Of a DNA stretch of 64,000 bases, positions 47,088 to 59,100 are shown in pieces. The DNA is taken from sequence record PQ356294.1; one strand, given 5' to 3'. Position 1 is the stretch's first letter. Each line of letters starts with the position of its first letter. The DNA comes from Escherichia phage Ec_YwIITB1. The position numbers and the translations under genes were made by a program. The notes beneath the pieces were generated by a model. The model made no database searches and was not told where the DNA came from. It worked only from the letters and a program-made list of their open reading frames with translations.

Positions 47088-49352
47088 TCATAATTTACAG
47101 GATGAACAATCTTCAGCTTTTGGAGTTTCTATTTCATAATCATCAGTACCAGAACCGTCACGGGTATTATGATAATAGAAATTTTTTCCGCCAAAATACC
47201 AAAAATACAAAAGGTCATCAATCATTATTGACATTGGAACCTTTCCTTTTGGAAAAATCTGCGGGTCATAATATGTATTCGCTGAAGCTGATTGACACAC
47301 CCATTTCAGCATAATAGCTACTTGCGTAAGATAAGGTTTATTGCCTTTCTTAGCTAATTTCCATGTATAATCATAGAGGTCTATGTTGTGCTCAATATTG
47401 GGCACGACTTGATTAAAGGAGCCCTCTTTTGATTCTTTAACAGAGACTGGTCCACGTGGAGGCTCGATACCGTTTGTACTGTTAGAAACTTGGGAAGATG
47501 ACTCACATGGCATAAGTGCTGATAATGTGCTATTACGGATGCCAAAGAGCTTAAGGTCTTCCCGCAGCGACGACCAGTCACAAACGTATTTTGGAGCTGC
47601 GATTTGGTCAATCTTTTTATTGTACCAGTCGATAGGTAATTCGCCTCGAGACCAACGAGTGTCTGAATAATATTCGCAAGGTCCTTTTTCTTTGGCGAGC
47701 TTAATGGATGCTTTAATGAGTCCATACTGTAGTCTCTCAAATAGTTCATGTGTTAAATCGTTAGCATCTTCATAAGAAGCAAAATTACTTGCCAGCCAAG
47801 CTGCATAGTTAGTAACACCTACGCCAAGGTTTCGACGTTTTTTAGCTTTTTCTGCTTCAGGAACTGGATATCCTTGGTAATCCAAAAGATTATCAAGAGC
47901 ACGAACTTGGACTTCTGCCAATTCATTAATTTTATCTTGGTCTTGCCAATCGAAGTTATCTAACACAAATGCAGATAACGTACACAATCCAATTTCAGCA
48001 TCAGGACTATTCACATCATTTGTTGGAATAGCAATTTCACAACACAAGTTGCTCTGACGAATAGGTGCCTTTTCACGAATAAACGGAGTATAGTTATTCG
48101 TATTATCTATGAACTGTACATAAATCCTTGCTGTTCCTGAGCGTTCAGTCATGAGCAATTCAAACAGTTCACGGGCTTTAATACGCTTTTTACGAATATT
48201 AGGGTCTTTTTCTGCAGCTTCATATAATTCACGGAAACGGTCTTGGTCTTTAAAATAAGAATAGTAAAGTTCGCCACCCATTTCATGCGGACTGAACAAA
48301 GTAATGTAATCATTCTTTCCAAATCGTTCCATCATCAAATCATTCAGCTGGACGCCATAATCCATATGACGGATACGGTTTTCTTCTACACCTTTGTTAT
48401 TTTTCAAAACGAGAAGATTTTCAACTTCCAAATGCCAAATAGGATAATAAGCAGTAGCAGCGCCGCCACGAATTCCACCCTGTGAGCATGATTTAACAGC
48501 AGTTTGAAAATGTTTCCAAAAAGGAATAACACCAGTATGACGTACTTCACCTGTGCCAATCTTAGAACCTTCGGCACGAATCATACCAACGTTAATACCA
48601 ATTCCAGCGCGTTTGGAGATATACTCAACAATTGAAGCGGAAGCCTTATTGATAGACTTTAATGAATCACCTGCCTCAATAACAACGCATGAACTAAACT
48701 GCCGAGTTGGAGTACGGCAACCAGCCATAATAGGGGTTGGCAGTGAAATCTGTCGAGTAGATACTGCTTCATAAAAACGAATAACGTGTTTTAATCTATC
48801 AACAGGTTCATCTTGATGCAATGCCATTCCAATAGTCATAAATGCAAACTGTGGAGTTTCATAAATTTGACCAGTGGTTTTATCTTTAACTAGATATTTT
48901 TCTTTTAATTGCATCGCCCCGGAATAAGTAAATTCCATATCCCGTTCGTGCTTAATTTTTGATTCTAAAAATGTAATTTCTTCTGCTGAATATTTTGACA
49001 ACAATTCAGGGTCGTATTTACCTTCATTTACACAGTAAGAAATATGGTCAATAAATGAACGTGGTTCATACTGCCCGTAAACATGCTTACGAAGAGCGAA
49101 CATTAAGCAGCGTGCAGCTACATATTGATAATCAGGCTCTTCAACTGAAATAGAATTCGCAGCAGCCTTAATTACAATGGTTTGAATGTCATCAGTTGTC
49201 ATTCCATCACGGAGATATGATTTAATATTTTCATATAATTCATAAGGATCTACAGATGTTCCTTCAGCTGCCCAAGATAAAACTTTAATAATTTTTTGTG
49301 GGTCAAAGCTCTGAGAAACACCACTACTTTTGATAACATTAATTAATTGCAT
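47088..49352 (-). CDS. nrdA: ribonucleotide reductase large subunit NrdA
   Basis: 754-aa ORF; T4 homolog. Confidence 0.95.
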   Translation of the reverse strand: MQLINVIKSSGVSQSFDPQKIIKVLSWAAEGTSVDPYELYENIKSYLRDGMTTDDIQTIVIKAAANSISVEEPDYQYVAARCLMFALRKHVYGQYEPRSFIDHISYCVNEGKYDPELLSKYSAEEITFLESKIKHERDMEFTYSGAMQLKEKYLVKDKTTGQIYETPQFAFMTIGMALHQDEPVDRLKHVIRFYEAVSTRQISLPTPIMAGCRTPTRQFSSCVVIEAGDSLKSINKASASIVEYISKRAGIGINVGMIRAEGSKIGTGEVRHTGVIPFWKHFQTAVKSCSQGGIRGGAATAYYPIWHLEVENLLVLKNNKGVEENRIRHMDYGVQLNDLMMERFGKNDYITLFSPHEMGGELYYSYFKDQDRFRELYEAAEKDPNIRKKRIKARELFELLMTERSGTARIYVQFIDNTNNYTPFIREKAPIRQSNLCCEIAIPTNDVNSPDAEIGLCTLSAFVLDNFDWQDQDKINELAEVQVRALDNLLDYQGYPVPEAEKAKKRRNLGVGVTNYAAWLASNFASYEDANDLTHELFERLQYGLIKASIKLAKEKGPCEYYSDTRWSRGELPIDWYNKKIDQIAAPKYVCDWSSLREDLKLFGIRNSTLSALMPCESSSQVSNSTNGIEPPRGPVSVKESKEGSFNQVVPNIEHNIDLYDYTWKLAKKGNKPYLTQVAIMLKWVCQSASANTYYDPQIFPKGKVPMSIMIDDLLYFWYFGGKNFYYHNTRDGSGTDDYEIETPKAEDCSSCKL

Positions 49353-49669
49353 AAGTCCTCAACTTGAAAATCGTCTTTAAACAATCGGTTAACTATATGA
49401 GCTATTATATCACCATGACACGGCTTTGGTTTACATGTGCATCCTAGCCTCATTCCACGTAAAGGCTCTAAATGTGCTTTAGTTATTTCTCCGGATTTAA
49501 TTCGACGTATAAAATCTTTTTTGAATAATTCAATGGCAGCCTCCCGGCTGCCAGCATCTTTACCGACGTAATTTCCCCAAAATGTACCACGGTGAATATT
49601 AACATCAAAGTCGGATTTATATTTATTCACTACCTGACATAGACGGCCCGCGCGGTGATAATTCGTCAT
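49343..49669 (-). CDS. hypothetical protein with CxC...CH motif (nrdA.1 position)
   Basis: 108-aa ORF. Confidence 0.65.
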   Translation of the reverse strand: MTNYHRAGRLCQVVNKYKSDFDVNIHRGTFWGNYVGKDAGSREAAIELFKKDFIRRIKSGEITKAHLEPLRGMRLGCTCKPKPCHGDIIAHIVNRLFKDDFQVEDLCN

Positions 49670-49898
49670 ATTGTTTTTCCGTTAAAACAGTAATATCATA
49701 ATAACAATCAGAAGAAGTTTTAACTGTAGAAATTTTATTATCAAAATACTCACGAGTCATTTTATGAGTATAATATTTTTTGCCATAAATGATAATAGGC
49801 TGATTTGGTCCTGGAACTTCTAACTCGCTTGGATTAGGAAGTGTAAAAAGAACTACACCAGAAGTATCCTTAAATCGTAAAATCATATATCCTCTCAA
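49623..49898 (-). CDS. hypothetical protein (nrdA.2 position)
   Basis: 91-aa ORF. Confidence 0.6.
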   Translation of the reverse strand: MRGYMILRFKDTSGVVLFTLPNPSELEVPGPNQPIIIYGKKYYTHKMTREYFDNKISTVKTSSDCYYDITVLTEKQYDELSPRGPSMSGSE

Positions 49899-49909
49899 TT
49901 AAATTAAAA

Positions 49910-50769
49910 TTACACCGCCATCTTTCCTTTAATTGGCGGGTGAGATACATAGTTGTTAAGAACAAAATTATGCGGCTTTGCGAATTGACTCAACCAAAAT
50001 ACCTGCGATTCTGTGTCCCATTCATCAAATTCATCTGGAAATTTTAATTGTAATTCGCATAAATCCATAGGTTCACGACGCAAAATTTCTTTACATTGTT
50101 CTACGTGATTCATATAGATATGAGTATTACCACCAGAAAATATCAAATCTCCTGGAATAAGTTTACACATCTTAGCTACAATATGAACTAACGTAGCATA
50201 TGATGCAATATTAAATGGAAGACCGAGGAAAACATCTACCGAACGTTGATACCACTGCAAATCCAAATAGCCATTACGCACATTAAATTGATAGAACATA
50301 TGACAAGGTGGTAATGCCATTTGCTTGAGTTCAGCTGGATTCCATGCTGAAACAATTTGACGTCTATCATTTGGCAGTTTTTTAATACGATCAACAACTT
50401 CTATAATTTGGTCTACACCACCAAAATCGCGCCACTGTTTTCCATAAATTGGACCAAGTTCACCACTATGGTATCCTAAATCTTTTGCTTGATTTTCGTA
50501 ATTTTCATCCCAGACTGTTTTGCCTTGAATTAATGAATCATGTTGAATTAATCGCAAATCATTGACATTTGTGCTTCCCGATAAAAACCATATTAGCTCA
50601 GCAATGCAAGCTTTCCAGGCAAGCTTCTTAGTCGTTACTGCAGGAAAACCTTTAGTTAAATCCCAGCGTAATTTAGTACCGAACAAAGCAATTGTTCCTG
50701 TGCCTGTTCGGTCATCGGTTTCGTAACCATTTTCCAGGATATCTTTAATTAAAAATTGGTATTGTTTCA

Positions 50770-50770
<1 letters not shown>
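49910..50770 (-). CDS. td: thymidylate synthase Td, intron-less
   Basis: Continuous ORF; start MKQYQF at 50770 overlaps upstream stop (TAATG); ORF also open to ATG 50782. Confidence 0.9.
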
Positions 50771-51795
<1,025 letters not shown>

Positions 51796-51805
51796 GTTAT
51801 TTTCC

Positions 51806-52048
51806 TTAAACAGACTTTTTCACAATTTTCCAATCAGCTTTAAACTGATCAACATCAGAATGATAAATCCAGAATCCTGCGCTTTCTCCATCCTCATAAA
51901 GAGAGCATCCATCGCATTCATCTTCCCATCCCATATCACGCAAAAGATGTTCAGCTTTTTCAACAAGTTCAGAATCTTTACCGATGATATTAAAATACCA
52001 TTTACCTCTAACTTCTGAATCTTTAATACTCTGGCGTTGTAATCTCAT
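51806..52048 (-). CDS. hypothetical protein (frd.2 position)
   Basis: 80-aa ORF with AAGGAG RBS. Confidence 0.6.
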   Translation of the reverse strand: MRLQRQSIKDSEVRGKWYFNIIGKDSELVEKAEHLLRDMGWEDECDGCSLYEDGESAGFWIYHSDVDQFKADWKIVKKSV

Positions 52049-52102
52049 TTTATTCTCCTTAGTTGATAGGGTAATAGTATCACACTACTACCCTTCTGTA
52101 AA

Positions 52103-52488
52103 CTACTTTTTGAAAGTTTTTCGCAAAAGTTCAATGATTTCATCTACATTGTTTTCATCAACAATGCAGTGAATTTTTGTTACGCCAGAAACCTTGTCTT
52201 CGACTTCATCTTCTTCGGAAGTCGGTTCTTTATACTCACGAAAACAATGAAATTCGTCTTCGCAAATTTCTAAAAGTCTATCTTTGAGGTAAAAATGCTT
52301 TCCGTTAGCGCACAAATGATTTCGGTTACATAATCAAAGCCATCTAAATTTGATATTGATTTAACTTCAAACCAACCACCATTTTCTTGAATGATGCCGA
52401 CCATATTAGTATTTGATGAACTAATATCAATGAAAGATTTAATACGATGTATCAATAAGTCTTGGAACAAGTTCATACTTTTTGCCAA
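52103..52488 (-). CDS. hypothetical protein (frd.3 position), frameshifted near 52302-52314
   Basis: 72-aa and 70-aa ORFs overlapping in different frames; together one ~128-aa product. Confidence 0.55.
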
Positions 52489-52539
52489 TATACATTACGT
52501 TTTCCTCATTTTAACGGGGCTGTAATAGCCCTTTGATAA

Positions 52540-52788
52540 TTATTGTTCAATCAGTCCCATGTAAAATTCTGCGTCTTCAGAATCCATGCCATCACAATAT
52601 TCATTAGCCATAAAGCGGGTGAGATCTTCAAGAGGACCTTCAATAATGATTTGAATACTCCAAAACTTAGAATCTTGCACGCTTGTGATACTAAGTTCAG
52701 GATAACGATTACGAATAATTTCTTCGAAATATTCGTAATCAATAACATCAATATCAACTTTAGCCATATTGTTTTCCTCTTTAATCAT
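52540..52788 (-). CDS. hypothetical acidic protein
   Basis: 82-aa ORF. Confidence 0.6.
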   Translation of the reverse strand: MIKEENNMAKVDIDVIDYEYFEEIIRNRYPELSITSVQDSKFWSIQIIIEGPLEDLTRFMANEYCDGMDSEDAEFYMGLIEQ

Positions 52789-52859
52789 CAGCAGTATTGC
52801 CGATAGTTGTATAGTACCATAGTTCTTGCGGCATGTAAACCACTTTGTGAAAAAAATTT

Positions 52860-52889
52860 TGAAATAAAAAGGGGACCTCTAGGGTCCCC
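52860..52889 (-). terminator. intrinsic terminator after gene 32
   Basis: GGGGACCCTAGAGGTCCCC followed by T-rich tract on reverse strand. Confidence 0.55.
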
Positions 52890-52911
52890 AATTAATTAGT
52901 AATATAATCTA

Positions 52912-53820
52912 TTAAAGGTCATTCAAAAGGTCATCCAGGTCCGTGTCATCAGCACTAGATGAACTGCCAGAGCTTGAGCTCATAAAATCATCTTCAGTTT
53001 TTGTATTGAAGTCGTCAACATTGAATGCATCCAAATCATCAGCAACTTTATCAGCTTTCTTAGCGGCAGTCGCTGCGGCACCACCCATAGCAGCAGTTCC
53101 CATAACTTGACTGAATTTAGTGCTCAGTTCTTCAAACGATTTGAATTTATCTTTAGAAGTCATTTCAGAAAGGTCAACCATTTGTTCAAACAGTTCTTTC
53201 TGGAAAGATTCATCATCAATGTTTGGAATCGCAGATTGATTCAGGAATTTAGATTCGTCGTAGTTACTAAAACCAGAAACTTGTTTAACTTTCAGTACAA
53301 AGTTAGCACCTTCCCACGGACAAGTTACATCAACCGGAGTTTCACCCATTTCAACATCAACTGCAATCATTGCATTGATTTTATCCCAGATTTTCTTGCC
53401 AAAACGGTATTTAAATACTTTACCTTCATTTTCTGGAGCAGCTGGGTCTTTTACTACAAGAATGTTAGCCCAGTAAGAAGTTTTACGTTTAACAAGACCG
53501 TACTCTTTATTGTCAGTATTGTACAAATCATTTTTACTGATATACTGACATACTGGACAAGAATCGTAATCACCGTGGGTAGATGAACAGTTTTCAATAT
53601 ACCATTTACCATTTTTCTTGAAACCGTGATTTACAAGAATTGCGAATGGTGCTTGTTCATCATTTTTAGACGGAAGAAAACGAATTACTGCTTGACCGTT
53701 ACCCGCGTTATCGAGTTTCAGTTTCCACTCGCCTTTATCTTCAGAAGAAAAACCACCTTTATTTCCAGCCAGTTTAGCCATTTGTGCAGCGAGTTCAGCA
53801 GTAGATTTACGTTTAAACAT
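52912..53820 (-). CDS. 32: single-stranded DNA-binding protein gp32
   Basis: 302-aa ORF; T4 homolog; pseudoknot operator in leader. Confidence 0.95.
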   Translation of the reverse strand: MFKRKSTAELAAQMAKLAGNKGGFSSEDKGEWKLKLDNAGNGQAVIRFLPSKNDEQAPFAILVNHGFKKNGKWYIENCSSTHGDYDSCPVCQYISKNDLYNTDNKEYGLVKRKTSYWANILVVKDPAAPENEGKVFKYRFGKKIWDKINAMIAVDVEMGETPVDVTCPWEGANFVLKVKQVSGFSNYDESKFLNQSAIPNIDDESFQKELFEQMVDLSEMTSKDKFKSFEELSTKFSQVMGTAAMGGAAATAAKKADKVADDLDAFNVDDFNTKTEDDFMSSSSGSSSSADDTDLDDLLNDL

Positions 53821-53887
53821 TTTTATTTCCTTTTTAATTTAATTAACAGTTGGTGCTATGACGATGTATGACCTCATAGCTGGTCAG
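53821..53887 (-). promoter_or_regulatory. gene 32 autoregulatory translational operator (pseudoknot plus A/U-rich leader)
   Basis: Reverse strand CTGACCAGCTATGAGGTCATACATCGTCATAGCAC (53853-53887), then TTAATTAAATTAAAAAGGAAATAAAAATG, matching the remembered T4 operator. Confidence 0.7.
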
Positions 53888-53903
53888 TGAGATAATTATA
53901 ATA

Positions 53904-53911
53904 TATTTATA
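53904..53911 (-). promoter_or_regulatory. late promoter upstream of gene 32
   Basis: TATAAATA on reverse strand. Confidence 0.45.
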
Positions 53912-53919
53912 ATAAGCAA

Positions 53920-54573
53920 TTAATACTTGCAAGATTTCACAGTTTCAATAAAAACACTTTTAGCTTTCTGTGAATCAATATTTAAAATTTTTCTATAAGC
54001 CTTTAACTTTATAGAATAATTATTCCAGACTAAATTATCAGTCTGTTCATCATGTTTATCGATTATATTTAAAAACGAATCAAGTAAGATAAACGTTTCA
54101 AACGAAATTATATTCGATTGAAGTAGTTTAAAAATATAACTTGATTGAACTTTTGGATTATACTCAAAGATTTCTTTAAAAGCAGAAACTTCAACTTTTT
54201 TACTAAAATAATAAATGTTGCGAATATCTTCTTCAAACTTAAATTTAATTTGCTTTAAGCGTCCGATATATTCACGATAAAACACAAGTGCATCAGCGTC
54301 AGAGATGTCACCAATCCAAGCATCTTGGTTAGCAACAAGATTGCTTATAAAGATTAAAGCAAGTTCCTTTAATTTATATTTTTCTGATAACTTCTGGAAA
54401 AAATACTTATCCCTTCGCTTTTGATAAGCGGCATCAGACACCCGCATGCACCAATTATACTTAATTACATCATACTTTCCATTCATATGTTGTTTTATCA
54501 TTAAGTATAATTTATAAACTGATTTACCATCAATGTATCTTTCACCACCAGCAGGCATGCGGAGTTTAATCAT
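53920..54573 (-). CDS. 59: helicase loader gp59
   Basis: 217-aa ORF; T4 homolog. Confidence 0.9.
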   Translation of the reverse strand: MIKLRMPAGGERYIDGKSVYKLYLMIKQHMNGKYDVIKYNWCMRVSDAAYQKRRDKYFFQKLSEKYKLKELALIFISNLVANQDAWIGDISDADALVFYREYIGRLKQIKFKFEEDIRNIYYFSKKVEVSAFKEIFEYNPKVQSSYIFKLLQSNIISFETFILLDSFLNIIDKHDEQTDNLVWNNYSIKLKAYRKILNIDSQKAKSVFIETVKSCKY

Positions 54574-54917
54574 AGTAGAAAATCTAATGTATTAGTTTTT
54601 TCACAACGAACAACAGAAGGACGTAAAAGATTTTCGTCAATAGCTTCTGACTGAATTTTTTCAATTATACCCGAAGGAATAAATTTAGCAAATTGAGTTT
54701 CAGGAATAGAATTTTCTTCTAAGAATGCTGTTGTAGCTTCAAGATAACTCATTCCAAACTCTTCTACCATTTTTTCAATAATAAATCCATTTTCTTGACG
54801 ATCAAGAAGCTTTGCAATTTCATCTTTTTCTTTCTTAATTGAAAGTTCTTTTTCTGAAAGACCGGTCTCATCGACCGGACGAATATCATTTAGAGAAAAC
54901 TGCATCATAAAGTTCAA
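54570..54917 (-). CDS. 33: late transcription co-activator gp33
   Basis: 115-aa ORF; start may be an internal ATG a few codons in. Confidence 0.8.
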   Translation of the reverse strand: MNFMMQFSLNDIRPVDETGLSEKELSIKKEKDEIAKLLDRQENGFIIEKMVEEFGMSYLEATTAFLEENSIPETQFAKFIPSGIIEKIQSEAIDENLLRPSVVRCEKTNTLDFLL

Positions 54918-55155
54918 CTACCTCTTCAGTTTCAGCTTCAAACACATCACGGTTATCTTTATGATACAAAGCTAACAGACGATTAAACATCTTGCCATCA
55001 ACACCAAGTTCATCTTTGGCACGAATTCGAATATCTTTAATCAATTCATTATAACCAGAAATTTTCAGTTTATGATCAGATGCTTCTTTAATAAATTTAG
55101 CCAAGTCTTCGCCATGGATAGCTTCATCAAATTCAACCATTTCTTTTTTAGCCAT
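54886..55155 (-). CDS. dsbA: DsbA double-stranded DNA-binding protein
   Basis: 89-aa ORF; T4 homolog. Confidence 0.8.
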   Translation of the reverse strand: MAKKEMVEFDEAIHGEDLAKFIKEASDHKLKISGYNELIKDIRIRAKDELGVDGKMFNRLLALYHKDNRDVFEAETEEVVELYDAVFSK

Positions 55156-55163
55156 TATTCACC

Positions 55164-56081
55164 TCAAAATTCATTAATGCTATTAGTTAATTTAGAAAGA
55201 CCCGCTTTTACAAAATATGAATAAATTTTGCCACGCGGTGGTAATTTATATGAATTATAGTAATTCACAATGTTTGAAGCAATATTATCAGGAATATAAT
55301 CAAAATCAATTAGAACTAAATTTTCTTTATATCGATTATATTCAGATTCGGTAAGAAGCACCTTAGCTTGCTCGCGGTCATTAGCAATAGCTTCAACAAT
55401 AGAGGTTTTCATTGAAGGAGTTCGTTCACCTTCAACTCTGGTAAACCAAAAGTCAGATCGTACTTTAACTGAAGCAACGTTATCCTTTTTGTCGCCTTTA
55501 AGGATTTTAGTCATACAGTCAATTTCAGCAGAACCGCTTTTAATTTTAACCCATTTCTTGTGCATCGGTGACCATTGCTTAACATTTGGGTATTTGTGAA
55601 GTTGAGTAAAGTCACCATCCGACGAAATGATTAAAATCTTGTGTCCTTCTAAAGAGAACTTTTTAACAAGAACAGCGATATGATCATCTGCTTCATACTT
55701 ATCAATATCCATAACGATGTATGGCATATAAGCTTTCAATTCATCTATAACTTTATGACTGGATTCAAAATAACCTTCCCAGTCCCAAGTAGATTCTTCT
55801 CGTGCTTTTCCGCGGTTTTTCTTATAATAATAAGCGAAATCACGACGCCAGTATCCAGATTTCGCGTTATCAATACACAATACAATTTTAGTGTATCCAA
55901 GAGTTTTTGCTTTTTTAACATTGAACTTAATTGAGTTCAATATCAAATGACGAACCATTGATAAATTAATTTTTTCTTTATCTGGGAAGTTTACCAGAGC
56001 AGTTGAAAGCGCAATCTGACTAAAGTCAATTAAGCAAATTCCTTCTTTGTAATCTTCATCCAGCATCATTTCTAAATCCAT
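55164..56081 (-). CDS. rnh: RNase H (5'-3' exonuclease)
   Basis: ORF open from TTG 56096; ATG 56081 gives 305 aa starting MDLEMML as in T4. Confidence 0.9.
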   Translation of the reverse strand: MDLEMMLDEDYKEGICLIDFSQIALSTALVNFPDKEKINLSMVRHLILNSIKFNVKKAKTLGYTKIVLCIDNAKSGYWRRDFAYYYKKNRGKAREESTWDWEGYFESSHKVIDELKAYMPYIVMDIDKYEADDHIAVLVKKFSLEGHKILIISSDGDFTQLHKYPNVKQWSPMHKKWVKIKSGSAEIDCMTKILKGDKKDNVASVKVRSDFWFTRVEGERTPSMKTSIVEAIANDREQAKVLLTESEYNRYKENLVLIDFDYIPDNIASNIVNYYNSYKLPPRGKIYSYFVKAGLSKLTNSINEF

Positions 56082-56143
56082 ATGAACCTCGTTCAATTAG
56101 TGAGATTTCTATTATATACTATCTAAATCTTAAAGTAAACAAG

Positions 56144-56151
56144 TATAAATA
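56144..56151 (+). promoter_or_regulatory. late promoter for gene 34
   Basis: TATAAATA 35 nt before ATG 56186. Confidence 0.6.
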
Positions 56152-56185
56152 CTTATTATTGAAAACACAATAGGAGCCCGGGAGA

Positions 56186-59100
56186 ATGGCCGAGATTAAA
56201 AGAAAGTTCAGAGCAGAAGATGGTCTGGACGCAGGTGGCGATAAAATAATCAACGTAGCTTTAGCTGATCGTACCGTAGGAACTGACGGTGTTAACGTTG
56301 ATTACTTAATTCAAGAAAACACAGTTCAACAATACGATCCAACTCGTGGATATTTAAAAGATTTTGTAATCATTTATAATAATCGTTTTTGGGCAGCAAC
56401 GGATAATATTCCAAAACCAGCGGGAAGTTTTAATAGAATTCGTTGGAAAGCATTACGTACTGATGCAAACTGGACAACTGTTTCGTCAGGACCTTATCAA
56501 TTAAAGTCAGGTGAATCAATTTCAGTTAATACTGCAGCAGGAAATGATATCACATTTACTTTGCCAACTTCTCCAATTGATGGAGATACTATCGTTCTTC
56601 AAGATATTGGTGGAAAACCTGGAGTTAACCAAGTTTTAATTGTAGCTCCAGTGCAAAGTATTGTAAACTTTAGAGGCGAACAAGTACGTTCAGTACTAAT
56701 GACTCATCCAAAGTCACAGATAGTTTTCATTTTTAATAATCGTTTGTGGCAAATGTATGTTGCTGATTATAGCAGAGAAGCTGTAGTTGTGACTCCAGCA
56801 AGTTTCTATCAAGCGCAATCAAACGATTTTATCGTGCGTAGATTTACTTCCGCAGCGCCGATTAATATTAAACTTCCGAGATTTGCTAATCATGGCGATA
56901 TTATTAATTTCGTTGATTTAGATAAATTAAATCCACTTTATCATACAATTGTCACGACATATGATGAAACAACTTCAGTACAAGAAGTTGGAACTCATTC
57001 CATTGAAGGCCGTACATCGATTGACGGTTTCTTGATGTTTGATGATAGTGAAAAATTATGGAGATTGTTTGACGGGGATAGTAAAGCACGTTTACGCATT
57101 ATAACGACTAATTCAAACATTCGTCCAAATGAAGAAGTTATGGTATTTGGTGCGAATAACGGAACAACTCAAACGATTGAGCTTCAGCTTCCAACTAATA
57201 TTTCTGTTGGTGATACTGTTAAAATTTCCATGAATTACATGAGAAAAGGACAAACAGTTAAAATCAAAGCTGCCGGTGAAGATAAAATTGCTTCTTCAGT
57301 TCAATTGCTGCAATTCCCAAAACGCTCAGAATATCCACCTGAAGCTGAATGGGTGACTGTTCAAGAATTAGTTTTTAACGGTGAAACTAATTATGTTCCA
57401 GTTTTACAGCTTGCTTATATTGAAGATTCTGACGGAAAATACTGGGTTGTACAGCAAAACGTTCCAACTGTTGAAAGAGTCGATTCTTTAAATAATTCTA
57501 CTAGAGCAAGATTAGGCGTAATTGCTTTAGCTACACAAGCCCAAGCTAACGTTGATTTAGAAAATTCTCCACAAAAAGAATTAGCAATTACTCCAGAAAC
57601 ATTAGCTAACCGTACTGCTACAGAAACTCGTAGAGGTATCGCAAGAATAGCAACTACTGCTCAAGTAAATCAGAACACTACATTCTCTTTTGCTGATGAC
57701 CTTATCATCACTCCTAAAAAGCTGAATGAAAGAACTGCTACAGAAACTCGCAGAGGTGTCGCTGAAATTGCTACGCAGCAGGAAACTAATACAGGTACTG
57801 ATGATACTACAATCATCACTCCTAAAAAGCTTCAAGCTCGTCAAGGTTCTGAAACATTATCGGGTATTGTAACTTTTGTATCTACCGCAGGAGCTACTCC
57901 AGCCTCTAGTCGTGAATTAAATGGTACAAATGTTTATAATAAAAATACTAATAATTTAGTTGTTTCGCCTAAAGCACTGGATCAGTATAAAGCTACTCCA
58001 ACGCAACAAGGTGCAGTAATTTTAGCAGTTGAAAGTGAAGTAATTGCTGGACAAAGCCAAGAAGGATGGGCAAATGCGGTTGTAACACCAGAAACGTTAC
58101 ATAAAAAGACATCAACTGATGGAAGAATTGGTTTAATTGAAATTGCTACGCAAAGCGAAGTTAATACAGGAACTGATTATACTCGCGCAGTCACTCCTAA
58201 AACTTTAAATGACCGTAGAGCAACTGAAAGTTTAAGTGGTATATCTGAAATTGCTACACAAGTTGAATTCGACGCAGGCGTCGACGATACTCGTATCTCT
58301 ACACCATTAAAAATTAAAACTAGATTTAATAGTACTGATCGTACTTCTGTTGTTGCTCTATCTGGATTAGTTGAATCAGGAACTCTCTGGGACCATTATA
58401 CCCTTAATATTCTTGAAGCAAATGAGACACAACGTGGTACACTTCGTGTAGCTACACAAGTTGAAGCTGCTGCAGGAAAATTAGATAATGTTTTAATAAC
58501 TCCTAAAAAGCTTTTAGGTACTAAATCTACCGAATCGCAAGAAGGTGTTATTAAAGTTGCAACTCAGTCTGAAACCGTGACTGGAACGTCAGCAAATACT
58601 GCTGTATCTCCAAAAAATTTAAAATGGATTGTGCAGAGTGAACCTACTTGGGCAGCCACTCCAGCCATAAGAGGATTTGTTAAAACTTCATCCGGTTCAA
58701 TTACATTCGTTGGTAATGATACAGCTGGTTCTACGCAGGACTTAGAGCTATACGAGAAAAATAGTTATGCAGTATCACCATATGAATTAAACCGTGTATT
58801 AGCAAATTATTTGCCGTTAAAAGCAAAAGCTGCTGACGCAAATTTATTAGATGGTCTAGATTCATCTCAGTTCATTCGTAGGGATATTGCCCAGACAGTT
58901 AATGGTTCACTAACCTTAACCAAACAAACGAACCTGAGTGCCCCTCTTGTATCATCTAGTACTGCTACGTTTGGTGGATCAGTTTCAGCAAATAGTACAC
59001 TAACTATTTCTAATACTGGAACGGCAACTCAATTAATTTTTGAGAAAGGACCTCAAACTGGAACAAACCCGACTCAAACAATGACTGTAAAAGTGTGGGG

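Noticed and set aside
53107-53871. Plus-strand ORFs of 159 and 81 aa opposite gene 32 (similar nested ORFs at 30907-32171 opposite alt, 2137-2325, 6454-6762, 63096-63290)
   Set aside because: Nested antisense ORFs inside well-supported genes, with biased composition and no translation signals.
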